A stretch of DNA of 64,000 nucleotides, from the NCBI GenBank assembly GCA_040954595.2, contig CM082588.2:6770202-6834201 (forward strand), read 5' to 3'. Source of the stretch: Balanoglossus misakiensis. Its lineage: Eukaryota > Animalia > Hemichordata. Both the position numbers and the translations under genes were made by a program. Every line of letters starts with the position of its first letter. Position 1 is the first letter of the stretch. This document shows positions 27,651 to 38,662 of the stretch, one piece after another. The notes beneath the pieces are model-generated. The model ran no database searches, was not told the origin of the DNA, and saw only the letters and a program-made list of their open reading frames with translations.

Positions 27651-29333
27651 TTAATTTCTTAACTTGGCCATGATTCACGTTCCGTCAAGACTACACCCCT
27701 CACTCGTATCATGAAAATAACATCTTTCTTTTGAAATAATCATAACATCTGAAATTCTATCCTGCATCGGTATAAATCAGAGCAGCTGATTTGTTAAGGT
27801 TTTGACGGTGATTTGTAAAATGACATGTATCTGGGAAAAGCTCACACCTAGCTGAGGACTACTAAGATGTCAACATATATGTAGATTACAGAACAGCTGT
27901 GAAGGTACTAAAACTGGCCGAACTTAAGTTATGCAAATTGACCTGCACACTTGGGATTTGAGTTGTAAATGCCCGTCCATTTTGGCCGGAGAACGAGATT
28001 ACATTTAAAGCACACAGTATCATTACACTATCAACAGGTGACTGTTCAATGTATATTAGCAATATGCCCTTCAAGTTTATATCCGAGGAAATATCTACTG
28101 GCAAGGAGGGATTTTTTGACAAGAAAACCTGGAATGAATCTTGTTGATAAGACGATGAAAGATCAAGCTGCTGTCTGAAGTTGCAGTCACTGGCCTGACA
28201 GACGAGAGCAGTTAACAACCCTCTGGCAAAGTCAATTGTCATATGCACGACATGATTTGAATACCACAGTATATAAACGCAGGCAAGTCAGATCTAGGCC
28301 AATCATCCCATAGTGATTTTACATCTGTACTGAAGGGCAGGGCCTGGCATTGCTAATATAGGATAGGTACACCGTATGTTGGGAAGACAAGACTCCCTTT
28401 TGTTGCAAATATCAAAACAACTCCAGACAATTAGCGAAGAAAATGGCCATTAAGCATAGTATGCAAAGTACTACTACTCATCAATTACACACTAAAAGAG
28501 GACACCAATGAATATGCAAATGTAATTAATTAATTGTTGTCTGATTCAACTTTGGTGCCAGTGATTTTAAATGTCTACCCTATCAGCACCAGACATCATT
28601 ACTATCATCATCTCAAAAATTTAAAATATTTCATCACATTTAGAGATAATAAGCTTATCTCTGATATTAACAGTAAATTGTACTTGTTTTCTTATCTAAT
28701 TATACCACGCTCTGATGAAAAAAAAAAATTCTGGATTAACAAAAGTTTAATTGTAAATCAAAGGGAACTTATTACTATAGCCTGTTTTCATCGATTTTGA
28801 GATGCGGGTAGGTCAACGAATAATTAAATTGATGTGAAGATCTCGACGACTCCTATCGAATTATTGCACAATACATTGGGCAGAGAGTGTGAACAGGTTG
28901 AAATCAGTTAATTGTCGTACGTTTCACACCAGCATTCTAAGCGGGTATCATCAATTATAACTGTGGGAAACCATTGGCGGCTTGATTGATGAAATAAACA
29001 CGACTGATCGGTCTGGGGTATTTACATAACGGTGAAATGAAACAGGGGATCCTAATCTTATATACAACAAGATTACGACATGCTTTGAGGAAAACTGATT
29101 TAGATAAAACAACACGTGGTGAAAGGGGGTCATGTTGATGGCCATCAGCTTTGATAAATCACACACCTGCGTAGGTGAGTTGAGAAGAGATAGGAAACAA
29201 GGTCTTCACGAAATGTCGTGTCAAAAGATCTGTTGTATCATGACCGGAAGCAGACAACCGGTTGATTAGAGCAATGGCTTCCCCACCCTTTATTGAAACC
29301 AACACACAAATATTGTGAACGATTGACACTTAC

Positions 29334-29384
29334 GTCATTCTCTGGTTGTTCATCGTCGACGAGCATGTCCTCCGTACTTGGGGC
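29334..29384 (-). CDS. RPS6KA3: p90 RSK exon 2 (acidic N-terminal segment)
   Basis: 51 nt, ttttgtag|...|gtaagt, phase 0/0, APSTEDMLVDDEQPEND; fits between exons 1 and 3; weak sequence conservation. Confidence 0.8.
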
Positions 29385-29565
29385 CTACAAAAGCAAACAT
29401 TATACTCTGTTAGAAATGCAATGATGTCGGAGACGCGAGGTTATGTCGTCGGTCAAATATTACGTACGCACGGGGTGTGTAAAAACTTCGTCTGTACTAC
29501 GCGCTTTTGTGGAAATATATTCTCTGCTATGTGTGACAGAAATAGGGTGTCGCCCGGCAACTCAC

Positions 29566-29622
29566 CGTGTCCCTGGTCACTTTCATTTTCTGCCACGGAT
29601 CAGCAAGTTGCGCTAACGGCAT
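29566..29622 (-). CDS. RPS6KA3: p90 RSK coding exon 1
   Basis: ATG...|gtgagt, 57 nt, MPLAQLADPWQKMKVTRDT; MPLAQLADPWQKM is the RSK2 N-terminus. Probably the single invertebrate co-ortholog of RPS6KA1/2/3/6. Confidence 0.93.
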
Positions 29623-29760
29623 GGTGATGCGTGTGTAGGCCAGAGCAGCGTTTTAAAGAAGAGAATCCGTCCGAAAGCCGGGGTGATTTTTCGCCGATTT
29701 CACTTTAACTTCCTCCCTCAGCGACGAGTTCAAGATGGCGACGATTTCATCAAAACGAGG
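29623..29760 (-). promoter_or_regulatory. RSK 5' UTR and proximal promoter
   Basis: CpG-rich patch directly upstream of the RSK ATG; YY1-type motif CAAGATGGCG at 29731-29740. Confidence 0.55.
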
Positions 29761-30147
29761 CTAATAAATAATGACACCATATTTGCATTCAATTTGCATG
29801 CTCGTATATATGTCTACGTACGTGCACAGACATATACGATTTATACTTTCGTTTTTATTCACTTGCCAATCTGTTTCGCTGCTTGAAGGCCGAATTAATT
29901 ACATTGAACATTGCCAGGGCATGTTTTACATGGCTGTCACAGGCAGGAGACTTAAGATTTAAAAATGTGACTGAAATGCTAAATATTTTAATACTTGTGA
30001 ATCAATTTCAGGAATGCTGTCATACAGTTACCAACCCAAGTTAATAGGCACTGTGATATCAATATAATAGCAGCGTTACATTTAACACCAATCCAAAGAC
30101 CTTTATATATTAATGACACAACAGCAAGAAAGTTACAGAAGTTCATT

Positions 30148-30153
30148 TTTATT
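30148..30153 (-). terminator. candidate LAS1L polyadenylation signal AATAAA
   Basis: AATAAA on the minus strand about 580 nt after the stop; a second one at 30227-30232. Confidence 0.45.
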
Positions 30154-30736
30154 TATATCTATGTGGGGGAACATACAACTCATAAGAGTGTAAAAAGATG
30201 GAATAAATATAATTAAATTATATTTTTTTATTGGCTGTGTTCTCATTCTCAACACTTTAAATTCCATTCACATATACAGGTCCACTGTCAGTACATTGAG
30301 TGGAACACACACCATGGCCTCGTCAAGAATCTAGAAATCTCAGCTGCATCTATACTACTGCACTTGAAAAACACTGCCCTTGTCATCTCAAGGTTCTGCA
30401 ATGTGCTATTATCCAAACTTTTAACGAATTCCTGTTACACACACATTAGGTGATTCACATTCCATTCTGGTGGTTTCCTACAGAATATGGTCTTTGTCCA
30501 ATTATCAATGCATATCCCAGTATTTTTCACAGATTTCATGTCCAGCATTGTAATGAGTCAATCCAAAGATGTTGAATCAGCACCAAGCTCAACAATTAAG
30601 TTCTCGTTCTTGGCATCTTTCTCACTGAACTTCATACGCAGGCCGACGTCTCTCTCTGACCGGTGTAGAAACTGTTTGTCTCCATGCATACACCGAGTGT
30701 TTCCATCATTCTGACACATCCCACGGTTTTGACTCT

Positions 30737-30878
30737 TCAGAACAAACCAATACTCTTCTTGAAGATCTCCACGTCACTCGACGACCACACAGCTCCACAA
30801 GTATCAGTTACCATGGCTACCTCTTCTCTCGGCTCCTGCGGATCTGTTTCATCTGCAGATTCCATCTCACACTGTTGC
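30737..30878 (-). CDS. LAS1L: LAS1L exon 11 (terminal, stop TGA)
   Basis: cag|G...TGA; QQCEMESADETDPQEPREEVAMVTDTCGAVWSSSDVEIFKKSIGLF*; resembles the LAS1L C-terminal W....LF end. Confidence 0.88.
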
Positions 30879-31181
30879 CTGGGAAACAGAATTTAGCATT
30901 GAAATGTCACCTGATTTGATGAAGGGGCTTACAGATTCCAGAAATCACAGTTTCATAACAACAGATGTATCAAAAAGTCGTGATTTGTCTGATATGGTCA
31001 ATTTTAATTTCTCAACATTTTAACAAACTGAAGTATGTACAAGATGCTCTAAGATCAATGCTATAGTATGCTATATGTACACATACATTACATAAATGTA
31101 CATACACACACACATACATGTGTACACACCTGTATGCACACATATACATACTAGTACACACACACACATACAAACAAACAC

Positions 31182-31236
31182 ACACACACACACACATTAT
31201 TATTTATGTGATAAATAATAATGTGTGTGTGTGTGT
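31182..31236. repeat. perfect 26-bp inverted repeat (fold-back) next to a CA microsatellite
   Basis: (AC)7ATTATTATTTAT-GTG-ATAAATAATAAT(GT)7. Confidence 0.85.
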
Positions 31237-31249
31237 TTCACAAGCTTAC

Positions 31250-31367
31250 CTGTCATTTTCAATTGATTTCATGTTTTCCTGACTTATTGCTAATTCCAGA
31301 TGCTGAGGATCTTCCAGAGGTTGATTTGGAACCATTCCCAATGGATACAGTGACCAGTCCACAAGAT
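31250..31367 (-). CDS. LAS1L: LAS1L exon 10
   Basis: 118 nt, cag|...|gtaagc; (D)LVDWSLYPLGMVPNQPLEDPQHLEL; the W..(F/Y)PLG..P motif is the conserved Las1 C-terminal region. Confidence 0.92.
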
Positions 31368-31779
31368 CTGTAGGCAGAGAAAGATGGCGGATGTGATTTC
31401 GGCTTCAGGAAATTACTTCTCTTCTATGTATTCAGACAAACATCTGTTGACAATTTCTAGGCAATTAACCTTAGAAACCGTCTCTTGTCAACAGAGCATT
31501 TTCGGTTTTCACATGTTATCCACAGAAATGTTGGTTTACATATTTTGCTACACATGACCATACATTCAAAACATTGATAACCTAGAAACCTTCTAAATAT
31601 TCCAAATTCATGTATCAGTATGAAATTATTCAATTTTTTTGTAAAATTTATGTAAATTTACGTAAATTATGTAAACTCAAAGCATGGTACCAGAATTGTG
31701 CAATAACTTTGTATTTACAAGACGTTTCAGTGCCATCATTTGAGTAACGTGCAAAATATGTGATTATTCGACATCTTAC

Positions 31780-32015
31780 CTCTACAAAGTTGCCATCCTC
31801 TGTCTTCAGTCTTTGCAGAGTTGTCTGACTTTGTTGTCTGGTTTCCAAGATCTTCGTCTTGCTGGCAGTGTACGTCGTCCATTGTGTAAATACGGTTTTC
31901 CGGGAGTGCTTGTTCATCGTCCTCATCCTTGTCTGAACTCAAGTAAGTGGACGCCAGTTCTTTGATTCGCTGCCGAGTTGTGTCCGATATTTGTGGCTTC
32001 ATGAATGACACGATT
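31780..32015 (-). CDS. LAS1L: LAS1L exon 9
   Basis: 236 nt, cag|...|gtaaga; IVSFMKPQISDTTRQRIKELASTY...RGWQLCR; phases consistent. Confidence 0.9.
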
Positions 32016-32178
32016 CTGTAAGTTGACAGAAGATATGAATTGCTGATGAATCATAGGATGTTGAATTCTGAGGTTGAAAAAATTTCAAATGCGCAGAATC
32101 ACACTTTCCTCTTGATGTTTTTCAAATCGTTTTATTGTTTTTTTTTCAGACACACCAAACATGAACTGTGATATTTAC

Positions 32179-32287
32179 CTTTCAAGAATAGCAATGGTCC
32201 CTCTGCCAGGGTTTTCTATGCACATATCAAAGATACTCTTCCAGTTGACGTTGCATGTTGTATCTGATGTGATATCAGATTTATCAT
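32179..32287 (-). CDS. LAS1L: LAS1L exon 8
   Basis: 109 nt, cag|...|gtaaat; DKSDITSDTTCNVNWKSIFDMCIENPGRGTIAILE; phases consistent. Confidence 0.85.
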
Positions 32288-32440
32288 CTGAAATTATTGA
32301 GATAAAAAAATCAATTATTGAATTGATGAAGGATGGCCAGTCCTGTCTCTGGCATGGCTAAATTATTGGTGGTAACCTTTCAGGTCATTTCGCACATTGC
32401 TGATAACAAGTAGTCCATTTCAATATTCTTTACCAGAAAT

Positions 32441-32572
32441 GTTGGGATGGAAGCTGTGTGTGGTCGAACGTTGATTCACTATATATCCACATGTAGAATA
32501 ACATCAACGGTGTCTTGTATCAAACATGATTAATGGAAAAGGGGCAGCGAGAGAGAGACTTTGTCCCTTTAA
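32441..32572. mobile_element. MITE family A, right arm only (LAS1L intron 7)
   Basis: GGGATGGAAG...GTGTCTTGTATCAAACAT...GACTTTGTCCCTTTAA. Confidence 0.8.
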
Positions 32573-32736
32573 AAATATTTTGTGTCAGGATCACGGATGA
32601 TAAAATAAACACTTTCTCTGACAAACAGAAACAGTTTATGCTGCATGCATCAATTTGGATTCACATATTCAGTAAAATCTATCCAAATGATAGCACGTCG
32701 ACAGACAACATAAATTTGCATGAATCTGTGACCTAC

Positions 32737-32949
32737 TTTTATTCTGTCCAGCTGTCAAAATACTCAACACCCATCCCGCTAAACACCTTGCAGCAAAAAC
32801 ATCCTGATTTGTGAATTTGCAAAGCTCTGTCAGAAGATCGAGTATCAACAGTTGGGTGTAGTCTAATTGTTGGAACAGCTTCAGAACTGGACTCCACAGA
32901 TTGAAGAATGATTTAGGGATCTGCAACAGGCCTGAGTCACTAACAAAAT
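32737..32949 (-). CDS. LAS1L: LAS1L exon 7
   Basis: 213 nt, cag|...|gtaggt; FVSDSGLLQIPKSFFNLWSPVLKLF...CLAGWVLSIL. Confidence 0.88.
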
Positions 32950-33255
32950 CTGTAAAACACAAATATAAAAGTTTCAACATAAAATTAATCTTTTTTAGGT
33001 TTTATTACTCCAATGGGCTTGAAAGAAATATTTCCTGAGTACATCATCATACAGCTAATAGAAATATTGCTGATGTTAATTTTTGTGACAGTCTTTGTAC
33101 ATCAAATGTTGAGATTTACAAAGAGAATACCTATTATTTTCTTACGTACCAGTATTTCTGTCTAAACCAGCAACATCAGATGTCTTTACAACTGGCAAAT
33201 GAGTTTCTTGTCAACACTGAGAGGTTGGCACAATGAACTCTTGAATCAAACTTAC

Positions 33256-33341
33256 CATCTTCACTGATTTTCAAAGACTGTAACTGTTCCACTGATGGAA
33301 CAAGGAATCCATCTTGTAACATAGTTTGGATCAAACACTTC
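33256..33341 (-). CDS. LAS1L: LAS1L exon 6
   Basis: 86 nt, cag|...|gtaagt; KCLIQTMLQDGFLVPSVEQLQSLKISED; DGFLVP..EQL is a LAS1L motif. Confidence 0.92.
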
Positions 33342-33553
33342 CTGAAATTGATGAGATTATAAGATTTTTATTGGAGGGAAATGACAATTACTCATGAATA
33401 TGCAAATATGCAACTAAAAATGCAACTAACTTAGTAACATTAATGAGTAAAGCTATCTCATATTGGTTGCCTATGTGATTAAAATGGTTAACACTACTTT
33501 GAGCCCTGACGGTAGAAAAGTGCTAACGATTCAAAATATGAGTTGGTTAATAC

Positions 33554-33651
33554 CTTCTTTTGATTCGTAACACATCTTTAATCGCTACCAATGCAGTCTT
33601 TGCAGACTTTCTGTCGATATTTTGAAGACCTGTCTTCTGTGCTTCCATTAC
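33554..33651 (-). CDS. LAS1L: LAS1L exon 5
   Basis: 98 nt, cag|...|gtatta; VMEAQKTGLQNIDRKSAKTALVAIKDVLRIKR; phases 0/2 bridge exons 4 and 6. Confidence 0.82.
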
Positions 33652-33862
33652 CTGTAGGATAATGACATCAGTGTACACTGGCATTACACCAATAAATGTC
33701 TTCACAAAATTCCCTTTGAGAACTTTACTTCAGCATCAGTATACCGACTCATTTTGTCAAACTGTCTCATTTATAACTGCAATTTTAGAAAAAAAAATTC
33801 ACGAAACTAAAATTGGTGTAAATGTAATGAATCAGAGATATGTAGGCATTATTGTAGCTTAC

Positions 33863-34075
33863 CTTGAATTGCTCACGTTGATAATTAACGAGAATGTCTC
33901 TGATGTCATCATCATCGTTATCATCATTAGCGAGTACCTCACTGTTTTCCTCCCAGTATTCTAGTTGTAACCATAACAACGCATATCTGACACCTGTCCT
34001 TAACACTCTAAGGGATGGCAATTCTGAGTGTGTTGCGCTGTGCCGTAGGTTGACAAGCCACTCAGGGATTCCAAT
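33863..34075 (-). CDS. LAS1L: LAS1L exon 4 (HEPN RNase active-site motif)
   Basis: 213 nt, aag|...|gtaagc; IGIPEWLVNLRHSATHSELPSLRVLR...LLWLQLEYW; RHxxTH..LPSL is the Las1 HEPN signature. Confidence 0.95.
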
Positions 34076-34306
34076 CTTCAGAATTCAAACGGAAACCAGA
34101 ATGATGGGTTAAGCAGGATATCACAGCAATCCAGGAAAATATGTTCATTTACTGGTTGCTACACATCAAGGCCACCCTGTATATGGTCTTGACAATGAAT
34201 ATTACTAGGATGCTATTTTATAATGACCAAAAAAAAACACGATGAAAGCATCTGTGTGTTACTTGGATCTAAACTGTTGTTAGAGGGTGACAAACTGACA
34301 GCTTAC

Positions 34307-34379
34307 CTCATCTGCTACTGTGTGTACAGGTATCGCATACTGTTTGGTTTGTGATTTATCTGTGATCATGTTCACAAAT
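34307..34379 (-). CDS. LAS1L: LAS1L exon 3
   Basis: 73 nt, cag|...|gtaagc; (R)FVNMITDKSQTKQYAIPVHTVADE. Confidence 0.93.
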
Positions 34380-34495
34380 CTGTAAAAAGAATTTCAACTG
34401 TTAGTGCCTACCAGCCTTAGAAAAAAGACACACTGCTGATTGGTCGTTACCATGGAACAAATGTTGCTAATTAATGCTAATTAATTTCCAACTAT

Positions 34496-34642
34496 TAGCC
34501 TGGGGTACTGCTCCAGCCAATCAGTAGTGTGTCACGTAAGGTGATTGACTTGTAGGTAGATTGTCAAAAACGACGAGAGTAGACTGCGTTTCCACGCCCC
34601 GTGTGTGAATCTAAAACACACAGCAGTCTGGATACCAGGCTA
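34496..34642. mobile_element. relative of the TAGCCTGG-ended element (LAS1L intron 2)
   Basis: TAGCCTGG left end; AATCTAAAACACAC...GGATACCAGGCTA right end shared with 21848-21911; no TSD visible. Confidence 0.5.
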
Positions 34643-34696
34643 TGCAGTTACATGAGTGTACATTTTTTAGATGAATCCCAATTCTGACACACCAAC

Positions 34697-34822
34697 CTGA
34701 TCAAAGCCATGCTGTAAATAGAACTCAGAGAAGCAAGGTCAGTTGTGTTCTGTTCATCTTGCATGACAGCGTTCACCAACGACGCTGTACAATCCACAGC
34801 AACTGGCATTTTGCTGACAAAC
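34697..34822 (-). CDS. LAS1L: LAS1L exon 2
   Basis: 126 nt, cag|...|gttggt; FVSKMPVAVDCTASLVNAV...SIYSMALI(R); P.AV..TA.L and Y.MAL.RFVN are Las1 motifs. Confidence 0.93.
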
Positions 34823-35327
34823 CTGAAACATATAAATGGTGGGGGTGAGCATAATTGTACCCTTTCATAACCATGGTTCAGTCCAAAAGCATCGTTTTCT
34901 ATGATTTAAAGGTTGGACCTCTAAAGAGGAAGCTGGGGTGAAAGGGTTCAGTCCTGTGAGCCATGTACCATGTCGTACACATAAATAATTTTCAGCTGCT
35001 TACAAAATGATTTTCATCATTTATCTGTACAGATTTTAGATCAGGACCCTTGTGCATTGTGTATCGCCATCATTATTCATGATTGAATTACATATCTCCA
35101 TACTGAAAGAATTCTCTATATCTCACGATCGGCGATGAATGCTATACAGAAACAGAGAGCAATTTTCAACATGCCCCCATTGGGGAGAGTTCGTCTCTCG
35201 GTCAAAAGAGTGTCTCGGAGTGTGAACAGTGTGCCTTGCTGGCTAAGCTAAGGATCTGCACCCGAAGAAAAACGCATCCCTCCCCTTCTAGCTCATTGCC
35301 TAAACGAATGAATTTCGCATCATGTAC

Positions 35328-35485
35328 CTGCATCTCCACGCAGAAACCCTTTCGAGTGCTTTCTTCTTCAACTTGGCATCATCACTGTATAATGATCGGT
35401 AGAGATACTCCCACTCTTCCCTGTTGATCCAACCAACAGCACGAATTTCGCCAGAAGTCACGTTTCGGCCTGTGGAAGCGGCCAT
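35328..35485 (-). CDS. LAS1L: LAS1L exon 1 (ribosome biogenesis endoribonuclease Las1-like)
   Basis: 158 nt, ATG...AG|gtacat; MAASTGRNVTSGEIRAVGWINREEWEYLYRSLYSDDAKLKKKALERVSAWRCR; the spliced CDS totals 1572 nt (523 aa). Confidence 0.93.
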
Positions 35486-38311
35486 CTTGTGTGACCTCTG
35501 ACCCGTAAGAATCAGTTTCGACGAATCAGATTGCAGTATAGACTACATGCTCTTTTTACATGTAACGGGACATTTTTCCGTCCCCGGTTCTGGTATTTTG
35601 TCCTTTTGACATTGAATGTTTATGCGAAGCCTTTGTTTTCCATTGAATTATTTATCAAGGTAATATTTTTATGCGGTGCGAAGTCTTTGTTTTCAAATAA
35701 GATGATCAAGTTAATCAATATGCTTAATAACAATGGCGCGCTTTAACTTTGAAGTTTAAACAATTTGGGCGAACTATCCTATCCATGACGTGTACTGGAG
35801 CACAGCATTTACATTGACCTGTCGGTTTTAGGTCTATCTATATTGTGTTGACGTGTGTATCCCCTTGAGATAGTAACAGTCACCCCAAAGCGTGTTTCTC
35901 TGGGCGTTCGACTTCGGGAAAACAGACTGTTTCGTTTGGAGGTTTCTCACACCGTTAGGCCTACACACCGTATTTTCAAATATACTAACCTAAGAGAAAA
36001 TTCAACGGTAAAATATTTTAGGAAACAAGTTTATCTCTGGTCAAACATACCATAAAACTTTTACATGTAGTATCTCATAGCTTCGGGGTAGAATATTTGA
36101 ATAGTCCGAAGTGAAAAACAATGGACATAGACCAAGTCGTTGTGGGAGGGCGCTTCTCAACGTTGCCAGATTTGTTCGTCTCGCAGCATCACATGGGCTC
36201 AAATATATGGACGCGTCTTGGGGCCAATTTCTAAAAAAATATAACAAGTAAAAATCTAGTTATTATATCTTTTAATTATCGTAATAACATTTTCTTTAAC
36301 ATTCTCGTTATTGCGTCTTTTAATGCCCCATGAACTGCAACTTTGAGGAAATTATCATGAAATTTATTTTCAAACTGCACTAATATTAGTCCATACATAT
36401 GTAATCACTGAAGTATATAGAAGTATAATAAACCTCATACATATCAAATTGGCGTATGTCCCTAACTGACCAGTTCCTGTAGCCTTCTCCGAGAGAGAGA
36501 GAGAGAGAGGGAGGGAGAACGTTTCATCATGAAAAATCAGGAATAACCTACTGTTTTCGAGATAGTTCATATCGCCATCTTGCGGTCGTTCGTTTTTATG
36601 CGTCACCCCTGTCGACGTCGGCAGTTTTGGCCAATTGGTGGCGTACTTGGTTTTATACTGGAGTTCTCTGTATGCTTTTGCAGGTGTGTTTGCTCAGTGA
36701 GTTTGCGCTTTGAACAATGCTGATATTCACCTCGTGTTGTTGCTAAGCAGCAAAGAAGTAGGTGAATAAATGTGACTCAATACGATTCAAACATTTTTAT
36801 CAAAATTTATAAACACGGGAATATTCGGCGGGCCAACTGAGGGTCGGTGCGCGTGTCGCTGACACAAACAAGCGCAACTTCTGGCTGTGTGCGATATACA
36901 TTGCTCTTTTTAGGGGGTTTGTGGGGTCGGGTAGGACAGGGTGTTTTTTTTTGCTGAATTTGGCCTGGTTGGGCGTGTAGGTTACAGTGCATTGACCTTG
37001 AATCGCAGCGCAAACACATTCCACCTGAGTCTGAAAAATGACACAGTTACAAAGAGGTAGGTTCTCCGTGACGTGTAAGGGGCCGCACCGTACCGACATC
37101 CGCAAATAAGAATGAAAGCGGTAACCAACCGCGTCTCGTGGTTTACACTAAAACAGCAATCTTTTGAAGAAGCCCGGAAAAAGAAAGATGTGTGACGGAC
37201 GTCAATTACTAATCAAAATTGGGTGGTGTCTCCTTGAAACCAGCTAATAAGCATGGAGGGGCACGTACCGCACTATAGACTTTGTTTATGTATTGGTGTT
37301 GAGCTGTTTGCTCACTGTTGAAACGTGTCGATAGGATAGGTGGTCCTAAGTCGATGGGTAAACAGTTGGTCTGGACTGATAGTCTCGAGTTCTCGACCTG
37401 TGCAGGACCACGCACCACCCCTTATCACTGTTGGTTAGCAGTGCATAGCCCATCACTATCATAATGTGTGTTTTACCTATCTATATGTCTGTCTGTTTGT
37501 CTGATTAGTTGTTTGTTTGTCTGTCTTTATATAAATAAAATAGAAAACTTTTGATTATCAATACTGCAAAAACACCTGAGTATATTATGTGCATATGAAT
37601 AAACAATATATGTACTACAACGAGGGTGAGAGAGAGTCTGGGAGACAGACAGACAGACAGACAGACAACACGACAGACAGACAGAGACAGAGAGAGATAG
37701 GGAGGGGAGGGGGCGGGAGAGCGCATTTGACAGACAAAAGTGTTGTTCAGGCCTAGAAGGTCTGCAACCTATGCTTTACCAATCCGGCGCGAAGATATCG
37801 ATATGATAAATTGGTCGTGTCTTTTAATTGGAAACCATTCATCGTGTCATTTAATGTCATAATGGTAATTTTATACAACAATAAGTGGATTAACCAAATG
37901 AAGGTATTATTGATTCAAAACAGAATATATCTCGCAATATATCTTAACAAAAAGAGGTCATAGTGTCTGTCACAACGTCACGGTCACCAAAACGATAATG
38001 TCAGCTTTCCGCATTGATTTGAAATATCATACATATTTTAATTGTCTCCCCAGTTTGGCTCGCCCGGTTTTGGGGTGATATCACCCTCTCTGACGTCCCC
38101 CCCTTACTGGTGTCTATCCACCCTCTCCTCAAACCCCCTTCTTTTCGCTCTACCATTTCCTTTGTGTTTGGCACACCCCTCTGGAAATTCTGCTTGTTCA
38201 CTGTCACTGTCTGAGTTTTGATATTGCACTGGCGTGTAATCCAGCGTTATATGAAAAAAGCAACTAAACTGCTTCACTCTGCCGATTCGGTGATTCGAAC
38301 TTTCATTTTTT

Positions 38312-38662
38312 TTAAAGGGAGAAAGGCTCTCTCTCGCAGTCCTTTTTCCATTAATTATGTTTGATACAAGACACCGTTTATATTATTCTACATGTGGATA
38401 TATAGTGAATCAATGTTCAACCACACACCTTCCATCTCATTTGAAGACACGAGAGTGAAAAGCTCGCCAAAGTGAATAATCAGTCTCTACCATTTATTCA
38501 TTTTGGCCGAGTTTTTACTCTCATATCCTACAAACGGGGTGGAAGTTGTGTGTGGTTGAACGTTGATTCACTATATATCCACATGAAGAATAACATAACC
38601 AGTGTCTTGTATCAAATATAATTAATGGAAAAGGGGCAGCCAGAGAGACGTTGTCCCTTTAA
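38312..38662. mobile_element. MITE family A, full length
   Basis: TTAA TSD, both TIRs, palindromic interior. Confidence 0.88.

Noticed and set aside
30556-30720. 53-codon downstream ORF in the LAS1L 3' UTR
   Set aside because: Different frame from LAS1L, no homology, and LAS1L already ends at its conserved C-terminus
35100-37150. Possible snoRNA, tRNA, telomerase or other structured RNA near the LAS1L 5' end
   Set aside because: No complete C/D or H/ACA box set, cloverleaf or telomeric template recognised; an Rfam scan would be needed
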